64,000 nt of DNA, taken from positions 38,432,001-38,496,000 of the forward strand of contig CP068257.2 of assembly GCA_009914755.4 (NCBI GenBank). The letters run 5' to 3'. A model generated the notes under the pieces. The model worked only from the letters and a program-made list of their open reading frames with translations. It did no database searches and was not told the DNA's origin. Shown piece after piece: positions 13,402-27,865 of the stretch (the stretch's first letter is position 1; every line of letters begins with the position of its first letter). Source of the DNA: the human T2T-CHM13v2.0 reference genome, Homo sapiens. The translations under genes were made by a program, and so were the position numbers.

Positions 13402-15796
13402 GACTCACAGTTCTTCTTTCTCTTTGCACTTGGCTGTTCCCGTTGTTTAGAACACACTTCCCCTGCTACCCCCAAAACCCACATACTGGCTCCCTTGTTG
13501 CAAGGCTGGACTCAGATGCCATCATCTTTCCAGTGGAGCCAGGCTGGCCCTGCGATGGGGACGTCTTCTGTGTCCTGTCCCCATTCTCTGTTTAATTTTG
13601 TCTGCTTGGCACTTATTACTCTCTAGCATATACTTAGTTGATTTATCTTATCCATTATCTGCCTCTCTCACTGGAAAATATGCTCCACCAGGGTTTTCTT
13701 CACCTGCTCTGTTTCCTGTGTCTCCCTAGAACTTAGAACAGTATATGGCCAAAGTAGGTGCTCAATAAATATCTGTGAAGTAAATCCTCACATTGATTTA
13801 TTTTGAGGGCACAACGTGAGCTGAGTGAGATGTCCCCAAGACTTTGTTTTGAGGCAATAATATCCTTCTCATTCTAAAAGGTCACTGGATTCCAACTAAG
13901 TTATTTCATTACTTAATATTTGCTGTCACTTTTGACAATCTATTGTTACATTTATATTTATCACTCTGTGTTCTGTTAACCTCAAAAATGATAACAATTG
14001 GTCATTAGAATGGCAGCAAACCTTAAAAAAGTGATTTGAACAAACCTCATTTGCAACCTGGAAAAACAGTCCAAATGTTTTCACTGTGGAAGCAAAAATT
14101 GCATCTTTTTTGCATGGCATAGGATCATGCTAAACATATTAGTTATTATTGAGCTATAATCTTCAACCATCCATTTATTTGCCATCTGGTTGTTTGAATA
14201 AAATGAGAAGAAGAGGAGAGCAGAGACGGTTTCATAGGGCAGAGAATTTCCCAGCTTAGCCAATCAATTATTTGCAGCCACTGCCACTCTTCAAAGTCTT
14301 AATAGTCCATCATCCTCCCAAATATGACACAGAACATTCCTTAAATGTACAATGACTATTGGACTATTAGGAGCATAGCTCATTATAACACTAGGGTAGA
14401 GATTTTTTATTATGTGCACAAAAATATGAACATCAAAAAAGCTGAACTAATTTGAACCTTTTTCTGCTTACACCCAACTCACTCGCTAATGCTGATTCCT
14501 GGACCTTAAACATTATATGTTAGCTCTCTACAGTATACAGTTATCTCTTTGGAGCAAACACCTCTTAGAAGGCTGTTTTTTAAAAATAAAAATCTTACAT
14601 AAAAATATAAAAGGACAATCTTTCTGTCTGGGTGTGAGGGATGCAGTCTCTCTTCTCTGGGGTGATGTGCATGGGTGAAACAGGTGGATATCTAGGAGCA
14701 TGAAGCCCAGCAATGGGTGATGCTGCCAGGCCAGGAATCCCTGGGGACCTAGACTGAGTGGGTATGTTCTGCTGTCCAATCTGCCTTCCTGGCCTGGCCC
14801 TCAGCTAATCTCCCTGAAATACGCAGATACTTCTTGGTAGAAAATGGTTGAAAAATAAATGTTACATCCATTTAGAACACAGAATGTGGAGTGATAAAGC
14901 TAGAAACAATGTTGAATTTTTTATTTTATTTTTATTTTTTAGGTAAGGAAAACAAAGCGGTAAAATGACCTACTAAGATCTGAAAACCAGCTTATGGCCA
15001 CATGGGGCCTAGAGCACAGACTTGTGGTTCGTATTCTCACTGTACCAGGCTGCCAGTTCCTTTGACTTCTAGAGAAAACAGCAACACAGACCAGGGGTAG
15101 CTGTTCAGTATCTTTCTCTCTGCCAGTGGACATGATTTGTCTGGACCCCCTGGGCCATGTCCAAATATGGTTGATCCTAAATTGACCAGTTAGGTAATGA
15201 GGTTTTTGTTTGCTTGGCCCATTCACCTGCCGAACTTAGATTGAACCAACCTTTCATGGGTAAAAGCTTTGCTTTTACTTCTAAATTAATCCCATACAAA
15301 TCCACCTATTGGAGGAGCTTGAAAATTCTCTTCCTTTTCAATCACTTTGACCATTTGAAGGAAAACCACTGTAACTATCATAAGTGGTTGTGATTACTGG
15401 CTTTACTCTTCCTAATTCATGCTGGTAACTGGCAATAGGAAGACCATAATTAATTCCTCCTCTTATCAACAGATGGTCTTGCAACCACAGCAACTGCCCT
15501 ATTCATAGAGGATGCTTGCTAATGTCTTTCTCAGAGGCTAGGGAGAAGGAGTAGGAATGTACTCTAGAATATGAGGAGAAGAGAAAAAGCAAATCATCCT
15601 AATTGAGCAAATGTTGAACATGTCAGAAAATATAGCCCGCAGTTTCACAGCCTCTGGACAAAGGCATGATTTACAGTTTGGGAGTAGATAGGGGAGGGGG
15701 CCAGGGTAGGTTGTGCAGAGCACAGTTGAGGGGAGGAGAAGCTCTCTGGAGGGCTGAAGGAGCCCTGCTCAGTGTACGGACTGGTGAAGCAGGCCC

Positions 15797-15817
15797 GGGG
15801 TGGGGTAGGGGTGGGGG
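15797..15817 (+). repeat. Canonical G-quadruplex motif (G4 N1 G4 N2 G4 N1 G5) within a G-rich block at 15690-15830.
   Basis: The sequence is ggggtggggtaggggtggggg on the plus strand. That is the template strand for the minus-strand gene, so the pre-mRNA carries the C-rich complement. Confidence 0.8.
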
Positions 15818-16494
15818 CTGCGGTGGTGAGCAAACTCACGCCATTCTAAAGGGCTACTGTGCCTACCTCCAGGCACCATTATCACCTCCGCGGTGCTAGT
15901 ATGGCCAGGGCATTTTCAAGAGAAATCAGAAAGCCAAATTTTATGTGAAATCTCCTCATTTTAAATGTCATCAACTAATTCATATTTTTAAAGTCTACCT
16001 TTGACAATTTCTTTTATTAGGTAGATCAGTTATTACAAGTCATGTGACTCTGACTTCTTTGTTTTCCAGCTTCTTTGTGTTAAGCAGATCTTTGTTTTAT
16101 CAGATCTGCTTAACACAAGTGCATGTGTGTTTGGATGTGTTCCCTGTGACCCATAAATGTCACATAAACAAAAAGCACGGGCTGAAGGCATCTCATGCAA
16201 TTTCTGTAATCTTCTCCTGGAAATGTGATGAAGTACCCCTTATGAAGGAGATACTGTACAGGGAATTTGCATCTTTGCTTTTCCTCTGAGCTCCAGATTT
16301 CTGCTACCAGTTGTCTATCTGACATTTCCTCTGGATGCCTTAAAAATAATCCCAAATTCAACATGACCCAAATAGGTCTTTTCATTCCCATCAATACCTC
16401 CTCCCAACCTACCTTCCAAAAAAATCAAAAGTCCATAGCCTGCCTCTATCTTCCTAATCTTGGCAGATGGCACCAACATTCATCAGATCAGTCA

Positions 16495-16836
<342 letters not shown>

Positions 16837-18097
16837 TCATATCATTGTTTTACCTACGATTCACATTGTTTTGAAATACGGTATGGCCAAACAAAATGTC
16901 TGTAGGATGGAATCTGTGTGCCAATGGCATTCTACTACTGCCTTCGGTCTTCAAAGATATTAGTGATATGGAACATGGGAAGTTTTTAAATAACAAAGAG
17001 TACTAATTTTATATGTATAGATGGAGGAGGAAGTCACAGGCAAATGTGTTGGTGATGGGAGTGGGAAGAGGTCCTAGATCCACCCTCTCTCTCCCACGTA
17101 AATCATCCTAAACTGGCAATGTTGAGTTCACTATCGGAGTCCTTGACATTTTCCCTACTTATTTCCTAGACTCTGATTTTCCTTTTTCACTTTTCATGTA
17201 ATCATTGCAATATGAAAGGCCTAAAATGCAAATATCAGGGTGAGGTAACACATCAGGCAATTAATCCATACGTGTAAATGCTTCATATCAGAGTGTTCTA
17301 GTATTTACAGAGTAAAAAGGTTGGACAGCACAAGAAAACTGAACATTTGAAGAGGGGGACTGGGTGGAAAATAGAGTTTGGGGACGTGAAAGTAACACAC
17401 TTGTCACAGCTTTGCCAATCACAAGCCTGTGGACGTGTGAAAGGAAAGCTGTGAAGGATGCATTTCTGTCTTCCACAGTTGTGAACATTCTCGTACTCAT
17501 TCAATAACCACTCTTCATTCATCCCCTCCACGGTTATGAATGGGGCAACTACTGTGCTGGCTACTCCTAACACGAGGATGAACTATGAAGGCTGTGACTT
17601 CCAGGACCAGAATAGACAGTGAACAGACAGTGGTAAGAGGAGCTGAAGGGTGCCCTGGTGGAGGGTGCTGATGGAGACACAGAGCCTTTGAAGAGCATGG
17701 GGCATAGCACATTCCTTTTGTGCTTTTCTTTTAACTTGGATTATTCTGTTAGAAAGAAGGCTTGACCTCACCAGTAGTAAATTTAGATGAAGGCAAAACT
17801 AAAGCTACTTCCTCTTTACGTGCTTCTGTTCCCAGGCTAATGGGAAGCCTTCTATTGGTTGTGTCCAGCCAACAAGACAACTACCTGTGGCATGTCTACA
17901 AATACATCATTTTCATCTACACCTTCAGCTAGGCATTACATGGATATTTTGGAATGTATAGGAAATTACAGTCTTTTCTAAAAAGAAAAGACATTATCAA
18001 TTTCAGACTGCCATTATTAAAAAAATAGAAATCATCAAGGCAAGTTGGAAATTGTTCTTTCAAACATGATATCTGGGGTGCTAGGTCTTGTTCTTAC

Positions 18098-18128
18098 CTC
18101 ATGAGCATTTCAGCTAAACTCTTTGCAT
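18098..18128 (-). CDS. DSCAM: 31-nt coding exon. Peptide: (D)AKSLAEMLM(S).
   Basis: The acceptor is ctttctttccccag|ATGCAAAGAG and the donor is CTCATGAG|gtaagaacaag. Phases are 1 in and 2 out. It is required to keep the TM exon and the exon at 10954-11069 in frame. It was found by searching for the peptide expected between those exons. Confidence 0.7.
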
Positions 18129-19345
18129 CTGGGGAAAGAAAGTTAACATTAGTACATGGTAAATAACTCATTAACATTCACTTAGGCATTTATGACAAAT
18201 ACTCTACAGTCAGATCAGAACAGTCATTTTGAAACACAATCATATACCCAGCTCACTACTAATGACCTAGAGTTTCATGGAGTCCTTATTTCTTCTAAAT
18301 GGGACTTTTAAAATGTATTTTATTAATTACAAAAATATCAACATAACTATCCTATGATTATAACATTCTCAGACATCTACTAAATGTTTTATTCCAACCT
18401 ACAGTCACTTCTAGGAAATCCAATTTTATTTTCAGTAGTCAGAAAATTAACATTTTGAGGGTATATCATTTACGTTGAACAAACCCATGCTTTTTGTTAT
18501 CAAAATATCAGAAGTAAGTGGCATTATTACAGAGCTCTGAGCTCCTTGGGTTGACCAAAGAATCGTATAAATGAAATATAAATGTTCCTGGAAACTTAGA
18601 TGTTTATTTTGAATTCAGAAATTAAAAAAACTTTATTTTTTTTTTCTCTGAGCACATTGTTTACCAAGACCGGGTTACCACTCTTGACAGAAGGAATCCT
18701 GACTAAAAGTGTAGGAAAAAAAAAATCCCTTTTTTTGGTGGTGTTATTTTGAAATTCCCGTTTCCTTTAAAATATAATTTATTCTTTTTACACATTTGGT
18801 CCTGGCAAAAATGAATGTTTCCTTACTTAGAGCACAAAAACCTTCTTTTTGTTTTTATTTCATTGCTCTCTAAAAAGTCTTGATGCTAAGTATACTGTTC
18901 AATGAACAGAACTTTCCGGAAATGGACTCAGCTGACAGTGTGACCAGCTCTGCAGTGAAAGTATACGTATGTGGGAGCATTTCCATCTCATGCCTTTGGG
19001 GGCTGACAATTAAACGTAGTCAGTTTCTGCACAGTGGGCAGCATGCTATTTCTGAAAGACGTGGACAGTCACAGAATGACCACGTAGAGGCTGTCCTTGC
19101 CATGAGCCAAGCTTAGTTCGTTAAGTTGGCCAGTCCCAATGGTAACCCCAAGATGGGGCCTGGTTTTGTGCACAGATGGGTTCAGCCTGGGCAATGAAAC
19201 AGGGCCCATATACTCCACCCACACAGCAAAGAAAAGAAATCAAAATAGGATTGGATTTCCCAGTTCATGTCTTTATATTTATCTGCAAAGACACAGTAAA
19301 TATAATGAATTTCCTCTTTCCCTGAATGATTTAACACTTACAAAG

Positions 19346-19436
19346 TATATATATATATATATATGTGCTTATATATACTTCATGTATGTATATATATATA
19401 CATACACACACACACATATATATACACATACATATA
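19346..19436. repeat. Compound (TA)n/(TG)n/(CA)n microsatellite.
   Basis: The sequence reads tatatatatatatatatgtgcttatatatacttcatgtatgtatatatatatacatacacacacacacatatatatacacatacatata. Confidence 0.95.
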
Positions 19437-22400
19437 ATGCCAGAAGCCTGGACTTAATTAGCTCCAATGAACTACCAAGCAGTGGCTGGTACAATACTCT
19501 AAAAAGGGGGAAACAAATTCAAGGAGTAAACATCCCACTTCAGTTCACACTTGAAAGAGTTCTCAGCCTCAATTGTCTTCTGATCAACTGCTTTCCTCAT
19601 TCTGCCCGCCACAATAATCTCTCCTTTTCCTATTCTCGGTCAGTCATCACAGCTCTCTCCTATGAGCTGTTCATGGCAATGTACTAAGGAATTGCGGAGT
19701 CCAGCAGGGAGAAAAGAGCTCCCCACAATGACTGCCATGCCGACAGCAGACCTCTCTTGGCTGCCACGTGCAGGCATCCTCCCCAAGGCTAAGGTCTTTC
19801 ACAGGTCTAGATGCCAAGGGTTGACCGTTTGGGTCAACCCTTCCCTAAACCTAACACTGACCCCACCTTAAAGGAGCATGGGACGTGGGGAGCTTTGCCA
19901 TGAACGGGCAGTGTGCTCCATGCAGAGAATTCACATGCATCGGAATTATGAGCCCATTTGAGAAGTAAAGTCTAGGTCAATTTGACTGGACAGAGAAGTT
20001 GCCAGGATGGTGGTCTGGTGCACAGTCTAGACATTAAAGAGCTAAGGAGATGTGACTTTGTATTACTGACCTGAAAGCTTCTACCTGGGCCAAAGGGAGA
20101 GAGGAAAAAGGAGGGCAGAGGTGGGTGGTGGATGGGTGTGGGTGCTGTGAACTAGCATCCACCAGGCAATCCAGAATGCTCTGAATGTGGAGGTGGGGGC
20201 CTGGGACTTGTTGAAAGCTTCTTAGTCCTTAGTCCAAGTGAGAGGCTCTGGGCATTAGAGAAGAGAGCCAGGGTTATGTGGGTAACATTATAATGTGAAG
20301 ATAGAGGAAATCTGTACGAATCAGAGTCCTACCAGGTGTACAGTGGGACAAGGAGGAGTTGCAGGGAGTCCAGGAAAAGGGCAAGATTTGGGATATGCAG
20401 AGCTGGATGTAGTAACATGAGTGACAGGAATGGACTAGAACAACATGGAAGCAGCAATCTTGGGAGAGACTTGTCTAGTTTCAATATCGGGGGACATTAG
20501 GTGAGGCTGTTCAGAGGCAAATTTGGAATCAAATTTGGAAAGATGCCAGGGCTGAGATGAGGGTCTGGGTGTTTTTCATATCCCCATAGAGAGAGTGCAA
20601 AAAGAAGATGGCAAAATCTCATCTGGGACACACTTTTGTTGAGGGTGAGAAGAGAGTCTGAGACAAGCCAAGAAAAAAATTTAAAGTCCCGGAATCACAG
20701 AATCTTAAGAGCAATAAAGACTTTTCAGATTGGCCACCTAATGAATGTTGGAATCCCTTTCACAATGTCTTACACAGACGTACACATATTCTCTGTCTGC
20801 ATGAATCCAGAGCTGGGGCCACTGCCACTCCACGGTTGGGGTCGGTGCTCCTGCTGCACACCTAGTGTCCTTCCTCTCCTCCCAGTACTCTCCTGCCTTC
20901 CAGGTCTGCAGGTCTCTCCCAGCCAGCATGTCCCCAGGGGAACCTTTGTTTTTTCTCTTCTCAGTCCTAATCTCACTTATTAGTCAGCATCCTTACTGCT
21001 GGTGTGCCCAACACTGATACCCACACTGCAGGAAGGGTGAAGACTGGAATCCATCTTACTGAGTGATACCTGTGCTTTGAAACCTTCAAAGGGACCTCAC
21101 TGCAACAGCCCTCATTAGCACAGAGAACCCACCTTCCGTGCTGGTCCAAGCTGTCATCCGGCTCCGCTGCCGCTCACTTGTAACCTCCAACCTCTCTCTG
21201 AGTTTCCTGCACTTGCCACTTTCTGCAGAGAGCCCAAGACTTTGCTAGTGCAAAGCCGTCCATCGTCCCCACCGCCCCATGCAGACGCAACTTGCTCCGT
21301 GTACCCTCCCATGCCCAGTAGGCAGGGGTGAAGCTTCGGTTCCCTCCGCTTCCCTGGACCTCTGCCTTATATCTCAGACAGCCCTTCCCAGCTCATACTG
21401 TGCCCACCTGTTTTCGGGTTGTCTTTCTCTTGGCCCTTTTGGGCACAGTCCTGTCCCTGATCCATAGTGAAGCTGCACAAAGATTTCCTGAGGACACATT
21501 TAATTGTGAGAGACATCTTCCTTTTCTTGTGCAGAAATTCCTTGATGTAATTTTAACCTGAAGTCATTTGCCAGCTGTTCAGATATTTCCATGTAGCTGC
21601 ATTTCCCTTGCTTGGCCTCAGCTTTCTCTTTTCTGGGTTACATTCTCTAATTTTCTCAGCCACTCCTCATACGGAATGATTTCTAGGTAATTCCCTACTT
21701 GGGAATCTCTTCTTTGAAAGGTTTGTGATTTTTTTATTTCTCTATAAAATGAGGCTGAGAAAGACGCTGGTAATTCTTGATCTTCTAGCACACTAGGGAG
21801 AGCACAATGCTCATTATACGTGTTGCAAATGAATTTTTTTTTACAACTTCTATAGAAGACTTCACAATTATTCCTATTAAACTGTATCTTCTTGCTTCCA
21901 GCCTTTCAAAATCTCTTAAAATGTGGATTTGTCCCTCTAATACATTAGCTTCCCCACCAGGATGTATGTGGCCTCCAAGATTGGATTAGCCTGCCCATGC
22001 TTTCAGCTACATCCTGGTGTACCCTTATTAATCAGCCCTGTCAAAATGCAAATGGAGTTTGTCTGGGCCCCTGGTGGTCCCTTCCCTTCCCTGATTGCTC
22101 ACAAAACATCCTTTCTATAACCTCAACTAACTTATTTCAGTCTATAATGTCCAGAATTAATCTATTGTTGTTGAAAATGGGTCCAGGGTCTAGATGCTCT
22201 TTGACTTACGATTACCTCCTGATGAACCCATCATCAATTGAAAATATAATTAAGTCAAAAATGCATTTAATATGCCTGACCTACCAAACATCAGGGCTTA
22301 GCCTAGCCTATCTTCAACGTGCTCAGAACATTTACCCTACCCTACAGTTGGGCAAAACTATCTAACACAGAGCTTATTTTATAATAAGGTGTTGAGTATC

Positions 22401-22927
22401 TCATGTAAAAATAATGGATCACATATCACTAACCCAGACAAAGATCAAAATTCAAAATACAGTTTCTACTGAATGCATATCATTTTTGCACCATTGCAAA
22501 GTCAAAAACTCCTAAGTTGAACCATAGTAAGTCAGGGACCATCTGCATAATCATTTTCTAACACCTCTAATTTACATTTGATTGTTCAAAGGTTATCCAG
22601 AAAGATCTTGGGGTTATGTCTGGAAAAATTTTGTTCAGAACCCTAAAATGTTATCCTTCAGAATCATGGGACTGGAACCCCATGACAGCTTCCCTAATTT
22701 TTTAAGTGGTGGAGATCTTTCCTTTCAGTGAAACAGCACAGCATTTATTCTGTCTGCATTAGGCTGCTTACGCTTTGGAACTTGTGTAATAGTTCTTTGT
22801 AAACATTGTCTGCAAAAAGCAACATCTCCACCTCCACATAATGGCTAATACAGAGTATGTTTTGAAAAAAAATAAATCCTTTTAAACTATCAGGGTGCTG
22901 ATTATTTTCATAAGCATCCTGAGTTTC

Positions 22928-23008
22928 TCCCTTCCCCTCCCCTCCCCTCCCCTCATTCCCTCCCTCCCTCCCTCCCTCCCTCCCTCCCTCCCTTCCTTCC
23001 TTCCTTCT
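22928..23008. repeat. (CCCT)n/(CCTT)n tetranucleotide simple repeat.
   Basis: The sequence reads cccttcccctcccctcccctcccctcattccctccctccctccctccctccctccctccctcccttccttccttccttc. Confidence 0.95.
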
Positions 23009-24005
23009 TTTTATAATTCCTGGTCCACGTTTTCTGATTCAAATAGCATTTCTCCTGGTACACATCAAGCAAAGCAGATGCTGAGCAGCTCTCCTGTCTA
23101 CCTGCCATCTGTTAATATGAGAACATTGTTCACAGCCTTGTTCTTCTTGCCCAAACACAGCTAAACAGCCCTTGCATTGCCTGTCACATTTTTTCCCACA
23201 CATTTCAGATCAGCCTGAGATTCAGACTTCGCGACATCTTTTCTAAAGCCGCTTGCTACTCCCACACTTCCATCCTTGGCTCTGGGCTCCTCCCTTATCT
23301 GTTGGGCTGGGAAATGATGGAGAAATGATACCAGGATAATCTAGTGATATTAAAATGTGGAAGGAAGGAATTTCAAAAAACAACATTTGCTAACACTCTG
23401 AATGCTGCAAAGAGGGCTAAAAAATGATGGCTGAAAGGATAATTTGGAGATCAGAGAATAACTGGTCATCTGTCTTCAGGAGAACAGTTACATTTGGGTG
23501 GCGAGTGGAAGGGGACTGTGGGAATTTGGGAGTAATTGAGAGGTAGTGTAGCTGAGGACAGAATACTCTCAAGTATTCAGTGGAGAAAAGAATCAGAGAG
23601 ACAGTAGGATGAAGATATGCAAGCTAGAAGGAATATGTATATGTGCCTCTCTCTGTATATAATATATACATATTTAAAATATAATTAGGGGAAGGCTGAA
23701 GGGTAGTGAATATCGAAATACAAAATCAATAGACCAAGTATTTTTGATGGGCAAACATAAAATTATATAGTAGCTATTGATACTGTGTTAATACATCTTC
23801 TAATTCCAGGTATAATTGATAAACCTTTAGAGCTTACTTAATATTGATGAGACAACCTGTTTCTTACTTGAATATTCAAAATCCTGCAGAAGTTTCATGG
23901 CAAGAGGAGTAGGGTAGGGAGATTGATCTGAACTCTCTTCTAGCTCTGCCTGGACTCATATGTGATTCTGGATAATTCTATAGCTGGCCTTCAGTTTTCA
24001 CGTCA

Positions 24006-24347
<342 letters not shown>

Positions 24348-25380
24348 TCATAATGGGCAGTTCATACTCAACCATTTTGCATGGCTATTGAGAGACTAAG
24401 GCAGGATGGTGTATAGTGAAGTACTATGGAGAAGAAAGAGGAGCGAAACAATGGGAAGCATTAGTAGCCTGTGGATTAGTACATGGTTAGATCGAGTTTT
24501 GGGAAATGGCACCTCTGGTTGGATGAGGAGGCTCCCAGCTTGGTCTTGCCCAGTTCCTGTGTTCTGTTTGTAGACCACAGCTTGCATCCTGGGGTTGTGC
24601 CTGGCATGAAGGTGCACATCAGCAAGGCAGAGCATGACACAGCATGGCGTGGGAGAGTGCCCACCATGGCCCCAGGCACTGCAGCTGTGCAAAGCTTGAG
24701 AGGCTGAACTGCCTCACATTTTGCACACTCAAATGCTTCTTTAAAAAAGAGAAATCTTGTTTATAGCCACATGGCTACATTTTCATATCTGAAGTTCTAG
24801 TTACGTAAAATGGAAGACGCTTAGGTTAATACTTCTACTGGGCAGTCACTTGCAGATATCCACAAAAAAACTTTCTGAGGGTGGCAGATTTTGACCTTAT
24901 ATTACCATCCATCAAAAGGTTTTATTTGCAGCCTCTCCCTCAACAGTCCCTGCCTTTCTGTGGAATTGAAATAGTCTCATAAAGTAGCTATTTTTGCAAG
25001 GGCTATAAACCTGCATTTATGTTTTTATAAGATCCCAAATAGGACTTCCAATCATCACAATGCTCAGATGAAAGCTAATTTGAAAACTGTGGCAGACATA
25101 TATTAAAAAAAGAAGGCCATATATACTGGTAATCTGAAAAAACTGCATGCACAGACACAGACAAAATAGGACACCCAGGCAAGGCAGAGCTCCAGGGCCC
25201 GGCTGAGACCCACAATCCCCTCCTGACTACCCACTCCCTGGCTCCCCTCCACTGGTAGCCCTCGACTCCCCCTCACCCCCATGCTCTTTTGCTTCCCGCT
25301 GTCAGATGCAGAGAGCCTTTTCTATTCAGTTTGCCATAACAAGTTTGATGTTTTAAGAGAATAATTTCATTAAGAAACCA

Positions 25381-25677
25381 AGACAGAAAGAAAGAGAGAG
25401 GAAGAGAAAGAGAGAGGGAGAGAGAGAAAAAAGGAGAGAGAAGGGGAAAGGAAGGAAGGAAGGTAGGGAAGGAGGGAGGGAGGGAGGGAGTGAAGGAGGG
25501 AGGGAGGGAGGGAAGGAGAGAGAAGGAAGGAAGGATAGAAGGAAAGAAGGAAGGTAGGGAAGGAGGGAGGGAGGGAAGGAGGGAGGGAAGGAGAGAAAAG
25601 CAAGGAAGGAAGGAAAAGAAAAGAAAAGAAAAGAAAAAGAAAGAGAAAGAAAGACAAAGAGAAAGAAAGAAAGAAAA
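25381..25677 (+). repeat. Polypurine (plus strand) / polypyrimidine tract of about 300 bp made of degenerate (GAAA)n, (GGAA)n, (GGGA)n and (GA)n blocks.
   Basis: The plus strand from 25381 to 25677 is essentially pure A/G, with only about four pyrimidines. Blocks include agggagggagggagggag and ggaaggaaggaagg. The six-frame ORFs 25273..25735(-) and 25490..25720(+) are low-complexity artefacts. Confidence 0.95.
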
Positions 25678-27520
25678 CACAAAGCACAGAACTAAAGAGT
25701 TTCAGAGTACAGGCTTCTAATGCCATCTTAGCCACACTTGGTAACGAAAGCTCTAGGGTGCATGTGTGCTACTCATGCATTAACAATGTGGGCTTCCCAC
25801 ATTCAGGGTGGCTTTATGCATTAGTGCTGGGGCATCTATTGAAACTTTGAGTCTATCTCAAGTCTGAGTGTCACTGGGTTCCTGGATGCACATTCCTGCT
25901 TTAGGTTAGTAAAGTTCAAGTTACCTTTTGGTTTTCCAGATGAGGGGAGCTTTGGGCTCATTTGCAGAGCAGATAAATGTCCTGTTAGTACTCAGAAAAT
26001 AACAATGATTTCTCATAACCTACCCCTTAATCTGCCTGCATAGCACCATGAACCCAGATCCTCTCTGGGAACAGTCTCTTCCGGAATTGATCAGTTTTGT
26101 AACAATCCATTTCAAAGCATGTTTAAAATAATAAACACATTTCCATTCAAGAGAAGCAAGACACTCTGCCACAAAAGCATGGTCAAATGTGACATCACTC
26201 ACTGATTTTTATCTTTAGCTTATTTGAAGTCCTGCAGGTTGACCCACACTAACTGGTGCCAACAGAAGCTTGTGCCTTCTTGCGTAAATGCGTACCAAAG
26301 GAGGAGGCTTTTAGAAATATTGGAGTTGATTACTTGACACGGGATCACATTTTATAAGGTTAGGGCTGCTGGGATCTCAGGCCCAACCAGTGACTCACTC
26401 TATAACCTTGCACTTCAAAGGATCTAGAAGTTCAAGAAAAACCAGGGCATCATTAAAAGCAAAATGCGGCTCCTGAACTCCTGGATAAGGTTATAGATTT
26501 AAAAAAAAATGTGGGCACTTGCAGGCAATTTAGAGTTTAGGAGGTCGCCATGCTCTAAAATTAGTAAAGTACTCAGGAAGAGAGAATATAGGTTGACGAC
26601 ACTGCTAGAGTCCCATTTTCTTTCTTTCTTTCTAAAATTTTACATAAAATAACATTATATTATATTCATCTAACTAGGTTACTTGTCTATACAGTAAAAC
26701 ATACTCAGCTTATAAACATTTTTGCTGTTTCTAGCAATTGAAAAATGTGATCAATTTCAACCATATAAAATTGATCCCACCTAATCACTCTAAAAACATC
26801 CACTGGGGATCCCTATAATATTTTTCTATAATTCAAATCTCCTTATTTCCATTTTTGATCCTGATAGATGGTTGCTCACGCAACACTGACATGTTACTAG
26901 AAATGTTGTCCTTAATTTTGACAATCAAAATATTCTGTCTGTAGAGTCTGTAAATATATTTGAACTTATTCTCCCAGAGGCACAGAGTCTGTACCTTATG
27001 TGGGTTCGCTTGTTATTGGGTGATTCGACTAATGCACTCCGGATATTTAATAGACAGGCACCTATTCCTTTAAACTCTGCAGCTGCAATTTCCCTCCATG
27101 AGTGAGTTGAAAATACTTTGTATCATTAATGAACATTTCAGGGCCCTGCAGGGCTAAGAAACAAACGTCTTTCTGGGGCAATGCCTGACCTTTCATCGAT
27201 TCCCCTTTACCACCCTCACCTCTGGCGCTGTCCTTTTATGGCAGTGCTTTGCACAGTTACGGAGATGAGTCTGCCCCTTGCAAGCCTTGACCCACTGCCA
27301 CTACAATGTCACCTTTATAGTTCTGAGTCTTAGAAATCTCTTCTCTCTCTAGGACCTGGCTAAACTCTTGTGATCAAATAGAAATGGTCAACCAGCAAAT
27401 GTTACCACTAGTTTAAAAAAAGGTTCCATCTTGCACCTGGTAGATAATCTACAGTGGTTTGTCAAACTGAATTTATTGCAGTGTGTCTACATTAAAACTT
27501 GCCATTCAGAAGTGGTGTGA

Positions 27521-27865
<345 letters not shown>

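Noticed and set aside
19139-19687. The longest ORF in the track, 182 aa on the plus strand
   Set aside because: It runs through the (TA)n/(CA)n microsatellite (…YIYIYICAYIYFMYVYIYTYTHTHIYTH…). It is AT-rich and low-complexity, with no splice-compatible context or domain. It is a chance ORF.
25273-25735. Overlapping ORFs of 109-135 aa on both strands
   Set aside because: They are products of the 300-bp polypurine/polypyrimidine tract, with SLPPSLPPSL… and EGGREGRREK… repeats. They are not coding.
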